Positions 1-13,100 of a stretch of DNA of 64,000 nt are shown piece after piece (the stretch's first letter is position 1; the number at the start of each line of letters is the position of its first letter). The stretch comes from Phyllosticta citribraziliensis (Eukaryota). The translations under genes and the position numbers were made by a program. The stretch is from NCBI RefSeq assembly GCF_038025025.1, contig NW_027117347.1, positions 310,001 through 374,000 on the forward strand. The letters run 5' to 3'. Below the pieces are notes generated by a model. It was given only the letters and a program-made list of their open reading frames with translations, ran no database searches and was not told the origin of the DNA.

Positions 1-2873
1 ACCGCTTCCCTCCACCTCAATCCTTCCCGTACCACTCTTCCTGACCACGACAGTGCCATTGATGAGCAGAGTTCCTTCGCCTCTGAATTCAGCAGCAAAG
101 CCACTCGACTGCATGACCCGGCGGAGATCAGCTAGCCTCAAGTCGCCGACGTGGAGAGGCTGAGCGACTGAGCGTGTCGCCGCGGCCATGCTGACCGGCA
201 CCACGTCCAGAACTGGAGTTGCGTTGACCACTTCCCTGTCTGCGTCGTCAGATTCTGGAACGTCGCCATTGTCGACTTTGGCCTTCTTCTTTGCGCTGCC
301 CTTTTCATTGGTGGCGTCTTCTTTGGGGAGTTGTGCCTCCAGTCGCCCAGTGATAGCCACAACACCAAGACCCTTGACGTTCTGCCAACGCAAACGACGG
401 ACGAGTGTTTGACTGAGTTTGACAGTCCACGCGTTGGTGTCAACGCTGGCATCAATCGTGAAGCCAACTTGGGGAGTGAAGACCTCAATGGCGCTCTCGG
501 TCAAGTCGGCAGCGGCAGCTTCGGCCAGCTTCCGGCAATCCGACGCAAGGGCCAAAGTCTCGTCCTGCTCGCCAGCAACCAGGATGAGTTTGCGCGGGCG
601 AATGAGTGGGATCAAGAGTTGGAGGCTGCGTTTGTCGTGTAATCCGGAAAAGTCGACAAACGCAATGCGACACTCCAGGCGAACTGTCTCGGAAGAAAAC
701 AAGACCTTCGAGGGCCCGGAAACAGCTCCATCAGAAGGCTCCTCTTCAGATTCCGAGCCTTCGTCATTGCTGGCGTCATCTTCCAATAATGCGCCTCCTT
801 GAGAAGAGTCCTCTTGTCCTCTGCGACGCTTCGTCGTGCCGTTTGCCAGCTGGCGCTTGCCGGTGCCACCTTTGCCAACCTGGTCGTCCCACTTGCGCTT
901 CTGGCCAACGCCAGTCTCTCTTTGAGATGTACCATTGCGCATGTCCTGGCCGTCCATGTCGTCGCGTTCTTCGGCGCGCAAATACTCCTCGGGTCTGATG
1001 AGGTCGCCAAACTCGTCGTTCCGGCGTCGTTTGGCGACGTAGGGAAACATCTTTTCTCTGCCTCTCTTGCCACGCGTGTCATAATCATGTACATGCTTTC
1101 GTCGGAGCAGAATGTTGATGCCGAGTTCGGCGTCGCTCAGGCCCAACTTGTGCCGAGAATGCGTCAACGCAGCAGAGATGTTCAAAGACTTTCCTTGGTG
1201 TTCAGCATCAGACTCATCAGAGGACTCGGAACTAGACGACGACCGATCGTCAATCACGTCTGCAGATGTCTCCAACGACGTTGCACCATCAGTCTGCATC
1301 GTATTGTGTAGTTGACGCTGCTGTGCCAAGTACTGTTGGTACAGTGGGATTTCGTTGCCTTGAAGTGGAGTCGCAGTGACGGTTTGAACAGTCGCCGAAG
1401 TGCCAGTTTCGTGCACCGAGGCGTCCGCGGAGTCCTCAGCAGTCGCCTTCGCGCCACTCCTTTCGGCCCAGAGTTCCCAAAGCAACCTACCCAATCCTTT
1501 TTTCTCGACCGACAGCTGCGACATACGTTCAGTAAGCACCACCAGGTTGCGGCCATCTGCGGCCAAGGTGCGCAAAGCCTCCTTTGAGAAACCCCACTCT
1601 AGCGAGACGTCACTCGCGAGAATGACCTTGGGGCCCTCGGTGGCGAGCATGCGATTCACTTGAGCCTTGCGTTCCAGTAGTCTGAGATGCTTAAAGTCGA
1701 ATGGCGCAGTCGCTTTTTTCGTGTCATCTTTGCCTCTGTTCGGCCCTTGCGAGGCTTTTGTCCGCTTGTTGTCTTCTGGGCCTGGGCCACCGCTGGCTGC
1801 TTCGAATTCACGAACAATTCCTTCATCCATCCACTCCAGCATACTACGCGTATAACGCATCGTCGCGCCACATGTCCGACTGGCAAGGTACAAAGACGCC
1901 TTTCCAAAGGAACTAGAGTCCGCCTGCCATGTGGTCTCCAGGAGATATGCCAGTTCGAGCATTCGAGCGCTCGAGTCTGAAGGGATCAAGACTGAGCCCC
2001 CTTTGGCGACGGTGTCTTTCAACAATTCAAGAAGAATTTCGTCGCGTTTCTGCCGACCTCCAGCCAAAGCTACGCGCTCTGCACCTCTGCTGCTGCATAT
2101 CATGGCTGTGGGTCGTCGCAGCTGTTCAATGACTTCGGCGCCTCCAGCACCGGAGCCGCTTAGCCATGCGGCCCCGGAAAGAACGTGCTCTCTTGCCTGG
2201 TTCCAGTCCACCGCATAAACAATGGATTCCAGACCGTGCTGCAAGTGCCAAATGGTTCCACCAAGTGTATGCCCGGCGCTATATGCTGTTATAGTGAGGC
2301 CATTGAGTGGAGGGGAGAATGGCGAGGGTAAAGGCTGGTGTGGCTGAGAGAATTTCAGAGGATGAATGAGAGAGAAGTAGCCGGCAATCTCTTCGGCGGT
2401 GGGGGGCTGGAGAAGGATGTTGGGATGGTTCCCGCCTTGCAAAGCAGGGAACGAGTATGCCGAGTCGGCCAGGGCAGATTCGGGAATAATTGAAGATGCC
2501 AAGGGAGTCGAAGCGTAGAGGTCTTGTAGAAGCGTGCGTCCGAGGGAGATGACGGGTGTGGTGGCATAAATGGGTATCCGAGTAAACAGAGGGAAATGCT
2601 TGCAGCAATGCGCGAATGCTCCGAGGTGTGCTGTGGTTGCGTGGGTGAGGAGGATGACTGAGAGGGTGGGTATCTGCCTGCGTTGGCCTGTCAGAATGGA
2701 GTTGGACGAGGCCAGGGTGATGCGCACCTTTCGAGCTCTTTGAGCTTTTCGACATCAAAGGTCTCATCCCAGCCGACATCTACAAGGATTTTGATGCCCC
2801 CATCGAGCTCAAGGAGCGACTGCGACGCGGGTGACGTCGACTGGGCACCCAGAAGAGGTGTGAAGTTGAACAT
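1..2873 (-). CDS. CFT2: Cleavage and polyadenylation specificity factor subunit 2 (CPSF100/Cft2, inactive metallo-beta-lactamase/beta-CASP fold); 3' end lies outside the window
   Basis: ATG at 2873 gives MFNFTPLLGAQSTSPASQSLLELDGGIKILVDVGWDETF. An intron at 2678-2727 (GTGCGC...CTGAC...CAG) joins to RQIPTLSVILLTHATTAHLGAFAHCCKHFP...YSAGHTLGGTIWHLQHGLESIVYAVDWNQAREH...GGSVLIPSDSSARMLEL...VILASDVSLEWGFSK. The frame appears to stay open to base 1, which would explain its absence from the ORF track. Confidence 0.92.
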
Positions 2874-5598
2874 GATGGCCGCGCTGGACCGGCGCCTTCA
2901 CGCAGAGAGGAGGCCTAGCTACCAGATGGCATGGGGATCCAATGACACGGGATTTTGAGGCGATATTGTCGAATCGGGGCGTAGAGGGACAAAGGGTTGT
3001 GCTGTAATGATGCAGCTCACGGCTGGAGACTCGCGCATCTCGGAGGTGTCGCGTTTGTCTGGACATGGCCCGTGCGCCAGAAATTGCAAACCAAGCAAAC
3101 TCCAACTTCGCTTAGAACGGCGCTAGTCCCAAACAACTTGGAGATACCTTACATAGACCATACCTACATCAACGACTCTCAATCCCTTCCACTCTGCCAC
3201 CTCCGCCGACTTCTGAAAGATCCCGGAATGATCTACGCTGCAACAATTCTCCCGCATGTCAAGTTACGGGAGTAACCTTTATCAGAGGGCACCGCGTCAT
3301 GCACCTCGCTTCCGTTGTCAAAGTCTTGCTCAAGCATCAACGTCGCTACATTCATCTCTACTGTAATCAAACCCGCATTCTGTTCAAATCATGGCTTTGT
3401 TCCCTTGTCAGTGTGTTACCGCAGTCAACGGCAGATCTCACCTTGCAGCTCGCCAAAAGGTCATTGGGCGACAAGCCTCTGAAATATGCAGCGTTCCTGT
3501 GGATCTGAGAGGTCGGAACAAGTTCCGGTCCAATGCAGACGCCGACTCGTTCTCTTGTCGTTGCAAGTCCACGTAGCTGGATGCACAATTTCGGCCTTGG
3601 ACAGCCAGCAAATTACACGCTACCCGTGGCACAAGACCTGTCCTAGTGTGAGGACCCCTCATCAGGGCCTTTACGCCATGACGCATTGCCGAACCAGTCG
3701 CTTCCAACTTCTCGGAACTCCTTCACCAAGCATTGGTTCAATCTTCGACTTTGATAGCCACTCTTGCCCCTCCGAAAGATCGCCAGAACGAAGCCCCGGG
3801 TGCCGAATTGACATGTCGCATTGGCGGCGCTGCGCTGGCGGGCATCCCCGCAACAACATGTGCCGAAGCCCAACCCAAAGGGTCCAACAAACTACAGGGG
3901 TGCGTCATAGGACACGAAAATCACGTCGCTCGCGTCGTCTGCTGCATCTTTGACCTTGAGCGGCTCCCTCTCGTCACCGACGTTGTTGGGTGCCAAGCAA
4001 GGGTGCTTCGGATAAGGATGACAGCCGGGACCGATTTGAGGATGGAGCGCGCAGAAGGATCTGCAAGCCGTTTTTGTACCGCTGCAGAACGGGCAAAGAA
4101 AGCGAGCGACGCGACAAGGAGCGGGAGGCCCTGCAGACTCGCCCACGGCCATCCAAGAGGAATGTCTCTGAAGAGCATTCCGCCCTCTGCACCGAACACG
4201 CTACGCGGTCATGGATGCCTGGAAAATGACTGTCCAAAAGCAGGGCACCTGGCATCAGTAAGCCACCTCAAGCCGTTGAGGCCTGGTGCTGTCTTTCCTT
4301 GTGGGGCGGAGTTTTCCAAAAAGGCCCTCCATATCTCCATGCGACGTTACTCAAACAGACCTGATCCGGCAGACAAAACGACCGCAATCCAAAAGCGTTG
4401 GCTGGGCCGTGTTTCAAACGATGCAGAGGCCGCCAGAAGAAGAGGCAGGTCAGAACTGGGCCGACGGTATCCGGGCAGCTTGATGGTGTTGGAAGGACTG
4501 CATGTGACGCCACACGTGGATTATTTAGAGACAGCGCCACGCCAAGCCGAATTATGCGTCCAGGGCCGCAGTTTCTATAGCGGAGGGACGCCGACCGAAA
4601 AGTCCAGGAACAGCAAAGGCCGAATCGAGAGAGGGGGTCATCATGAATGCTTGCTTGTACGACGCCGCAACGCAACCGAGTGGCTGTTGCCCGCCATGTC
4701 AGCAGACTGCACTCCCATCACACTCGGACGACGCCAAACTGGCAGACGGAGGTCGATAGTCGGGGTCTCGTTCGCGCCAGGCAAGCAGGGAGAGCCTCGC
4801 TGGAGAGCGACGCTGGTCGATGCTGGAGATGTGAAGCGACTTGCAGCAGCGCTGGCTGGAGCCAAGGGCATGCCGGACTCGACGGACAGGATGCGGCTCT
4901 CTGGGCATCCACATCGCCGCGCATCGCTGCGCATCATCGCCGGGTAGCAGAGCGGCATCACGATCCTGGACCCCTGAAGGCACCTTGTCACAACGTTGCC
5001 GGCCGCTGTCAAAACGGCGGGCGGTGCATTGATCAGCTCGTCCAAGCGGCCGCCTATCTGCCGCTGCTCCAGGTCCCCCCCGTCAACTCCACCCTGCCCA
5101 CCGCTGGGTTGAACCTTTGACACCTCCCGCCGCCGCTCCCAAAGCATCCCTGACATGGCGAAGACAATGTTATATCTGCCTACCATTCCTCTCACTACCC
5201 CACTCGTACTGTGCTGCTGTACCTGTACGCCTACAGCCCCACCACATGCCCAGATATCTCTCCGGACGCCTCGACGTCCAAAGGCGAAAGAGCAGCACCT
5301 CGATCCGCTGACTAAGGTCTCGACCCCCGCTCCAGAGCTTGCTGTCCCCATTTATCACTGGCCCACAGGCCGGTCGCGGTAAGCAGCCCTTTTCACTTTT
5401 CGCCTCGTCTCTTGTCCTACCCTCCGCTGCCCCTGGGGCATAAAACTTGTCAACCACGAGGCTGCTCACGCTCAAGTCAGCCCGTACTTGCCCCGTGTCC
5501 CACCTGTCCGTATATCTACCTACGGGCCGCTGCGTATGCATATGCATCCATAGAGTCCACTTTCCGCTGTCCCTCCGGTTTCTCATCACTCCCTCCGA

Positions 5599-7488
5599 AT
5601 GCCTTCCTATCCAATCCCCGATACCTGGCCGGCCGTCTCGCCCACTGCTGTGCCAGTCATATCACCCGCATCTCGCCTCAGTCCGTCAAAAATGGCGCCG
5701 GGGGCGCAAGTTTGCTCCCTTGAAATTCAGTACAACTTTCCATTCGGCACATCCAACCGCGCCAGTTTCAGTTCATCATCATCATCCGAGACTCCACGAT
5801 CATCGACCGGATCCCCGAGGCCCTCACCCAGCGAGGCTTTTACGTCTCCAGAGGAGCCCTGCAGGTTAGAAGAAATCAAGGAAGAGGAGGACGTCGACAA
5901 AGAATCGCTGCCCGCTGTACCCCCAGTTCCAGTTTCTGCCCCTCAGCCCCCTGGAAATGTCATTGTCAAACGGCCACGGGGGCGACCTCGCAAACATCCC
6001 ATCCCAGAAGCCACGGCAGAGTCCAAATCCCCAAAAGGTCGATCAAAGACGGGCTGCATAACATGCAGAAGAAGGAAGAAAAAGTGTGACGAGACCAAGC
6101 CTGCCTGTGAGTTTTCCCATGATGCCATTGAATCACGGTCGACTGACACTTTTACAAGGCATGCATTGCCAGAAAAACAATGTCGTCTGTGAAGGATATC
6201 CACCCAGAGAATACTGGAAAAGCGGAAAACAAAGGTCTACGGGTAAGCAGCTAGTTTGTGTCGGCCTTGGACCTCGTCGAACTGACTTGGTCCAGCACGC
6301 CATGGAACTCTTGAACCTCCAAGTTTGCCATTGATTATCAATGGAGTCGAAAACAACGTCGACCGCGAATTCTTTTCATACTTTGCCGACTACGTCAGCT
6401 GCAAACTGAGCCTGTGGCATGACGAAAACAACCCCTTTACAAAACTATTGATACCAATGGCATTCGAGCACGAAGGCTTGATGCATTCATTGTTGTATCT
6501 TTCTGGAACACACTTCACTTTGAACCAATACGCTACGGACGACTGCCACGTCAGGACCGAGTACCACTGGATGAAAGCAGTGCAATCGCTCCGAGAGAGC
6601 GTGGCGCAAATCATTGCCAGAGATCAGAGTTCCTCTGCGTCAAATGCTTCCGTCGACATCCCCGTCGTTGCGTCGAGTCTTGTTATGATCTTGCAAACCA
6701 TTGCAGCTGGAGACACGACACGACGGCATCTCGATCACATCAAGGCTGTCAAATACTGGCTTAGGAATCTTCAGACAACAACGGCAAACGAAGAGGTCCA
6801 AAACTTCCTAGTCGAGTTTCTGGTTTACCACGACGTCGCCAATTCGATCACGGCCACGAATCATCTAAACGTGCTTATGACGGATGAGTTCAAGCTTGAC
6901 TGTTTCCAATGCACCCCCGACGCTGCAACGCTTCTCGGGGTTGTGGATGGCCTCTTTGTCATTCTTTCCCGAGTCAGCTCGCTTCGTGCCCAGGTGCGAG
7001 TCAACAGAGAGCAAGGCAAGATTCCAAGCGTGCCATATCCTCTGATGGCTCAAGCATTGGAAATCGAGCGACAGATCAACGAATGGAGTCCCAACCAAGA
7101 CCCCGAATCCCCACGATATTACACCGCCATGCTATACCGTCAATGCACCTGGATCTATCTCTACCGCTCCATCAAAGAATCACAGCCAGATCAAAAAATC
7201 AAGGATGCTGTGGACGGCGCCATCGAATACCTACAGGCAGTCCCAAGAGACTCGGGTACCCAAAGCGTACTCCTGATGCCCGTCTTTTTGATAGCCTGTG
7301 CTGCCTTTGAGCACGAGCAAAGGCTGCCCATTCTAGACGCATTTGACGAGTTGCAGAGCTTCTCGAGCCTTGGAAACATCAACCGCACGCGTGAAGCGGT
7401 TTCCAAGGTGTGGGAGCTTATGGATCAGGGCAGCGCAGATTCGTGGGACTGGGAAAAGATTGTCGACGGCAACTTTTTGGTCACGTAA
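5599..7488 (+). CDS. Zn(II)2Cys6 transcription factor with N-terminal AT-hook and C-terminal fungal-specific TF domain (Fungal_trans_2-like)
   Basis: AT-hook KRPRGRPRK. The binuclear cluster CITCRRRKKKCDETKPAC|MHCQKNNVVC is rebuilt across intron 6107-6158 (GTGAGT...CTGAC...AAG). Intron 6243-6295 (GTAAGC...CTGAC...CAG) joins in frame to the ORF at 6325-7488 (NPFTKLLIPMA...LMPVFLIACAA...WDWEKI). An alternative start is the ATG at 5692. Confidence 0.9.
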
Positions 7489-8735
7489 TGGCAGAAGAAA
7501 GCAGGAGACTCGGAATGTGGCTCATGCCGATTCAGAGACAGAAAGGAAAAAGCAAGAAAAACAAAAAAAACACGTTCCTGGTTGCTTTTTTCGACTCGTC
7601 CTGCAGCCACGCATATGCAAGAAAACACCGAACGAAACCTCTTGACGTCGGCAGAATGCAAGGGCCCAAGTCGCACAATAACGGGACTCCCGGCGCAAAC
7701 TCGCGCGCATCGGGCCGATGATATCCGCCTGTATGTACGTCGTCCTGCCCTGCGGAGAGTACCGTTTCAACACGTCGTCCTACCACCCCTGATTCTTCCG
7801 GTTCACGTGGGCATGATGCTGCCGCACCCAGCAGCTCTGCGCCCCCTCTGCTCCTCTAGCCGACCTCATCACATCATCATCCTGTACTACTCTGCTCTTG
7901 GTTTGTTCGCACATGTCTCCGGTTCCGAAAGAAAAAAAACTCTCCGCTTTGTTTCAAAACACCAACGCCTCGGTTCTCCGCTGCCGCTGCTACTGGCTAT
8001 GTATGATGCCAACTCTATTCGACCTGCTTTCTTCTCTTCTCTTCGTCATTTGGCGCGCGAGCTGCAGTCAATCAAAACTCGTAGAATCGTCGCAGCGCCA
8101 AAACTTTCAAACCACGTGGGATCATTGGCATCCCATGACTTTTGTTCCGGGCCATGTTGAGAATTTTCTCTTATTCGTCGAGCGACGGCGGCAATTACTT
8201 TGATTAGCGCTTCTTTTTTCCTTCGATCTTTTTTCTTTTCGGCGAGCGAGTGCAGCAGTAGCAGCAGTGGCGGCTTCTTTCTCCTCGCTCGACCTGGGGG
8301 GTTATTGCATGCGTTAGCATTGGGACGGCGTTATGACGGGACACCTTGGCAGCAATGCATCATTCTACTTGACAGGCACCGCTCTGTACGTTGTCCGCAC
8401 CTACCTACCTACCTAGTCCTTGGTCATTTCTCGCGTGTGGTTGCGCGCCGGCTTCTTTTCTTTCTTTCTCTATCGTCTCTCATTCGTCGACGTCGACGAA
8501 AAGGCCATTTGAGCGAGCGCGCTACGGCTGGCCTACTACTTGGCTTCGTTCAGCTTGTTGACCTCGCCGTCGTTGCGCAGTACTGCCTGCTCCCTGGCTC
8601 GCTGGCTGCGTCGCCACGTCACTTACTCGCGCTCTGCCTGTCTGTCTGTCTGCTGGTACCTCCAAACACACAGCGCGCGACGGCGCGGCGCGGCGCGGAG
8701 CGATGCGGTGCGGGACGCCTAGGTGGCTGTCTTCT

Positions 8736-8780
8736 TGCCTGCCTGCCTGCCTGCCTGCCTGCCAACCTGCCAACCTGCCA
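8736..8780. repeat. (TGCC)7 microsatellite followed by an AACCTGCC duplication
   Basis: Read directly: tgcctgcctgcctgcctgcctgcctgccaacctgccaacctgcc. Confidence 0.9.
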
Positions 8781-9104
8781 AACGATCTCGCTGACCGGTT
8801 CGCCCGGCGTCCAGCGTAGCACTCACACAGTGCCTTGGCAGAGCCCCGAGTAAACCCGCTCGCCCGGCCGGCCACGACATGACGCGATGCCACCTACGCA
8901 CTTGACCTGCCTGTCTGCGCAATGAGCGACGGACGGAGGCGCGACTGTCTGGTGTGTGTGGTGGTAGGCAAGCGAGCAGGCATGCAGGCAGGCGGCTACT
9001 ATCTACCTAGGTAGCGGCTTGTTGCCGCGCGAGTCAAAGTCAAAGTCAAGGATGGATGGATGGACGTACGGCACGCCCCGAACATCGAGCAAACGGAACG
9101 CGCA

Positions 9105-9128
9105 AGCGAGCGAGCGAGCGAGCGAGCA
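9105..9128. repeat. (AGCG)n tetranucleotide microsatellite
   Basis: agcgagcgagcgagcgagcgagc. Confidence 0.85.
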
Positions 9129-10097
9129 GCCAAAACCCGTCGGTCACCGTCACGTCTCCCCCTTCTTCAATTACATCTCTCGCATTGGCGAGTATTTCCG
9201 TGATGGCTGGCTAAGGGATCCAACCAAGTATATGGTCTACGTCCCTGGCCTGGCTTGTCCGTGTATGTATGTACAGTTCGGTACAGTATCAGAGGATTTA
9301 CGGCTGCCCGGTTGCCGGTGGCGGATCATGGACATGTAATTATCTCTGATGGTCGATTCTACTGCGTTCTGTGTATAGTACATTGGGTATGTGTGTTTGT
9401 ATGTGAGTATGTGCGTATGTACATTCTTCCCCTCCAATAAAACAGCGGCAGCGTTCTCTCCTGGGTCAAATCCGATGATTGTACCAACCACAGAACCAAT
9501 TAGATCAGTGCGTAAAAACACATCATTATGATGGGCAGTAATCTCCCACAGCACCCGCGATTCCAAGCCGGCGCTGTCGTGGTGTAGTGTGGTATGGTAG
9601 TGCTTCAAGGCCTCCGCCTCCGCCTCACACACCTCCCTCCCTACCTCAGCCAAGCGAGCCGGGAAGAAGTGACTCATTACTCACGTACTTACTGCACCGC
9701 ACCGTACCTACCTCGGACATATCATGGCAGCCGTTCCACACTGGTGGGCGGCGTCGGTCGCCTCGGCCGGCTGCTCTCGACAGTCAGTGCGGTGTCCAAG
9801 CCAAACATACTGCCCCTGCCCTGTCTGTCTACCCTGGACTCCACTGTCTGCCCTATCTAGGTACCGCACTGGCTGGGTGGGTGTACGTATCCATCTGCCC
9901 GCCCGCCCGCCCGGCTCGGCTGCGTGTGTGGCTGCTGACTCTGCCTGCGGTACAGTCAGTCAGTCAGTACGTAGACGGTTGATTCCTTTGGGTGTGCGCG
10001 CGTGTACGGGCCTCTGGCTGTTCACTGCTGCTGCCTACGACTACGACTGCGACTGTGATTGCAAATGCGAATGCAACCATGGACTACGATGACGGAT

Positions 10098-10115
10098 TGA
10101 CTGACTGACTGACTG
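10098..10115. repeat. (TGAC)n microsatellite
   Basis: tgactgactgactgactg. Confidence 0.8.
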
Positions 10116-13100
10116 CTCACTGACGCAAGTGCTGAGATGACAAGAGAAGTGAGGGAAGGAATCTGGGCCTGTTTCTGCCCCGTCATCCACACCGAGCTAT
10201 TCTCTCTCACCGCAACAACACGTCCGTCTTGTAATAACCAGCACCTTTGCCATCGTCATCCACCATACCTTGCCGACAACCGCCAGACGGCTCAGGCGCG
10301 CAAAGAAAAGAGTCCATCCTGCACCAATCCCAGTCTTCGGCCCGCCCCTGCATCCAACCACATGGCCGCCGCCGCCGCCTGTTTGCGATAGATGAAGCGA
10401 GCACGCACGAGTTCGGTTTGCGGTGTAAGGAACGAGGGTCCTGTATCCTGCACCCGTCGCCTTCTCACATTTGTACTGTAGTGGAGCCGGCGGGCGTGAA
10501 GGAGAGGAGGTTGTCGACATTGCCACGAGCCGTGAGTAGCGGTGGGACAGTTGTGGAGGGAAAGTTGGACTGACGGAGCAAGGGCTCGGTGTTTTGCCTA
10601 CCAGTGAGAGCGGGAGGCTCATTACCAGATTCACTTGTTCTCCGCCGCGCGGAAAGAAAGGGGATACCGTCATGACTGCGCGTCCGTGATGCATCGGTGG
10701 ATATCGGCAGTTCAAATGGTGGCGTACACTTGAAGAGATGAAGCGACTGTGCATGGCTGTCAACCGCACCTCCCTGCCCTCAGTCTGCCCAGGAATCTTC
10801 TCCTGCCCTTGACCACGACGAAGACTGCAGCAGACAGTGTGGGTAAGTGGATACACCCAGTTGCGCCGCAAGCCAGCCGAGATCTAATCGCGAGGTGAAT
10901 GACGGAGCTCAACAGGCTCAAACAGGTTTAGAGAGGTAGGCCTTCATCCCAAAAGGTCAGAAGAGATGTGTCACCGAGCTGATTGAAGTCGCTGACCGAC
11001 TCGTCTCATGCCATATGGCCCCTCCCTCTCTCTGCCGCGGTGGAGGCGCAGACCTACAGGCCGGCCGTCCTTGCGTGACCAGCCAGCCAGGCCCTTCGCC
11101 ACCGCGCCCACCGTCGTCGGTCAGGGTGCGAAAGGTGGAGGCGACGCGTCTAGTGCCCAGGACAGACAGCAACCCAGCCAACAGCGAGCCGCTGCGCGGG
11201 TGCAGGGGCCGGGGTCGGCCGTGCTTCGGGTGGTGCACTCGCAGAATATGGGCAGGTCTACCCACTAGCCGTGCAAGATGGGACAGGCCATATCCATCGG
11301 GGATCGAGCGGGTGTGTGGTGTGTGTGGCTGTGGTGAGGAATTTGCTCACTGCTCGCGCCGGCATCTTCTAGGGCTGACTGGCCGTTGCACGAGGAAGCA
11401 GTGTCAAGTTGGCCTTGCTGGCCTCCTTGCGCCTGCAGGTCCAGTACTGCCAGTCAGGCCTCAGAACCAGCAGCGCAGGCGGGCGGGTAGCTGCTGCTGT
11501 CAACTAGTGTTTTGTATGCACGTGTGTCGACATGCATTCGATGTCTAGTATCGAGTCTAGAACATGGACCTTCGGGACACGGTGAGGTACCTTGCGCAAA
11601 GGTCTGCTACCATGTGGAACATGGAGCGGAAAGAGATCGAGCGAACAGGGGGGCGGTGTTTACTGCGCTGGTCGGCCTGGGTGTCGCAGTAAAGCGTCTT
11701 GTTCAGGCTAGCTGGCGTTCGGGTTTGCCCTTTCGAGGTCTTCAGGACTTGGACGAGAGACAAGGAATGACGTCCTTGATAGGGACCGTGACAAGGAGAG
11801 AATGACTCTGCAATCGCAGTACGCGGACATTTCTGCGCGCACCGGACAAGTCTGGTAGGGAAGGTCAGCTTTTAACAGGAGGCGTCGTCCACTCAGCACC
11901 CAGAACTTGGCTGCTGATCACCCACCATATGCACCTCTCCCACCACAACCACCCGACACCCCTGCCCATCTTGGGTCTCCGCCTCTGCAGCCGTTACTTT
12001 TCGCTCAAGTTTTCTTTTTCTTCCCGCTGCTGCTCCACTGCAGGGCTACTCGTGCCACCTCCTCCTCTTCCACCTCTGAAGCGCCTTCCCCTCTCGTGTA
12101 TGCAGCCCGTCTTTCTTTTTCCCGCGATCGACCGCGCGGCGCATATGGGCGCGATTGACTCTTCCTCTGTATTTTTCCACGGCGCCTTCGGTGGGAGGAC
12201 GAGAGTGGGGCTTGAGTGCTGCGCGCCATCAGTTCCTGCCGGACTGCCACCCCTTTACCTGTCCCCCGTGTCTCCTCGTATTCCTGCAGATGGATGGACG
12301 TCTGTTTATGCGCAACATGCTGCTGACGCTGTGTCACCGTTGAGCGTACATGCTTACCTTAAACATGGCGGGGAGCTGCGGCAGATCAGGTACCATCGGC
12401 TGCAGAGTGACGGTCGGTTGTGCCGCTGACCACAAGACCCAGAAGGCGAACAGACAGGAAAAGACAGAGTGTGTAAAGAGCAGAAGCAGGCTCACCTTGA
12501 TCTCGTTCTCGTCTCGGAGCCATCCAAAAAAAATGCACTCTCGATCCCCAAACCCTAGCTTTCCGCAATCAAGTCCACCAGAATCCACTTACTTTCTCCC
12601 TGGAGCCCAACAGCAGACGCCGAGGCCTGCGCATACAAAGCCAAACCCATCATCTCAACTCTTCTCACGGCTTGCTGCCCACCCACGCTCTGTCGATCCC
12701 TCCTCCAACATACGACTCCCGTTCATCCCGCCCCTGAAGAGTGCAGCCGGCAAAGCTGAGCTGCAGGCGTGCTGCGGACGACGTCGCGCACCACACCTCA
12801 TGCCAGCACCCCTCCGAGCCCAGCCCGCGATCGACTCTGCATTCATTATCTATAATAAAACAGGCACACGTACTAGTTGACTCGACGTTCAACATGCAGC
12901 CGCGATGCTGCACTGCATGTTCGCAGAAAGTTAGAGTGCGGCGGATGGTGGCGCGGTCTTTGTTTGCGTTGCAGATTGATGAGTCCGGGCCAATTGAAGA
13001 TGTAAGGACGGTCGATTCTCTGGCTAAAGAAGACGCGCCGTCCAATAGTAAGGAAAGTGAGAGCGATTTTTCCAGAAAATGACGCGATAGGCTGGAAGGA

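Noticed and set aside
138..2779. Many short ORFs listed in the track
   Set aside because: All overlap the real CFT2 frame on the minus strand, which the track omits.
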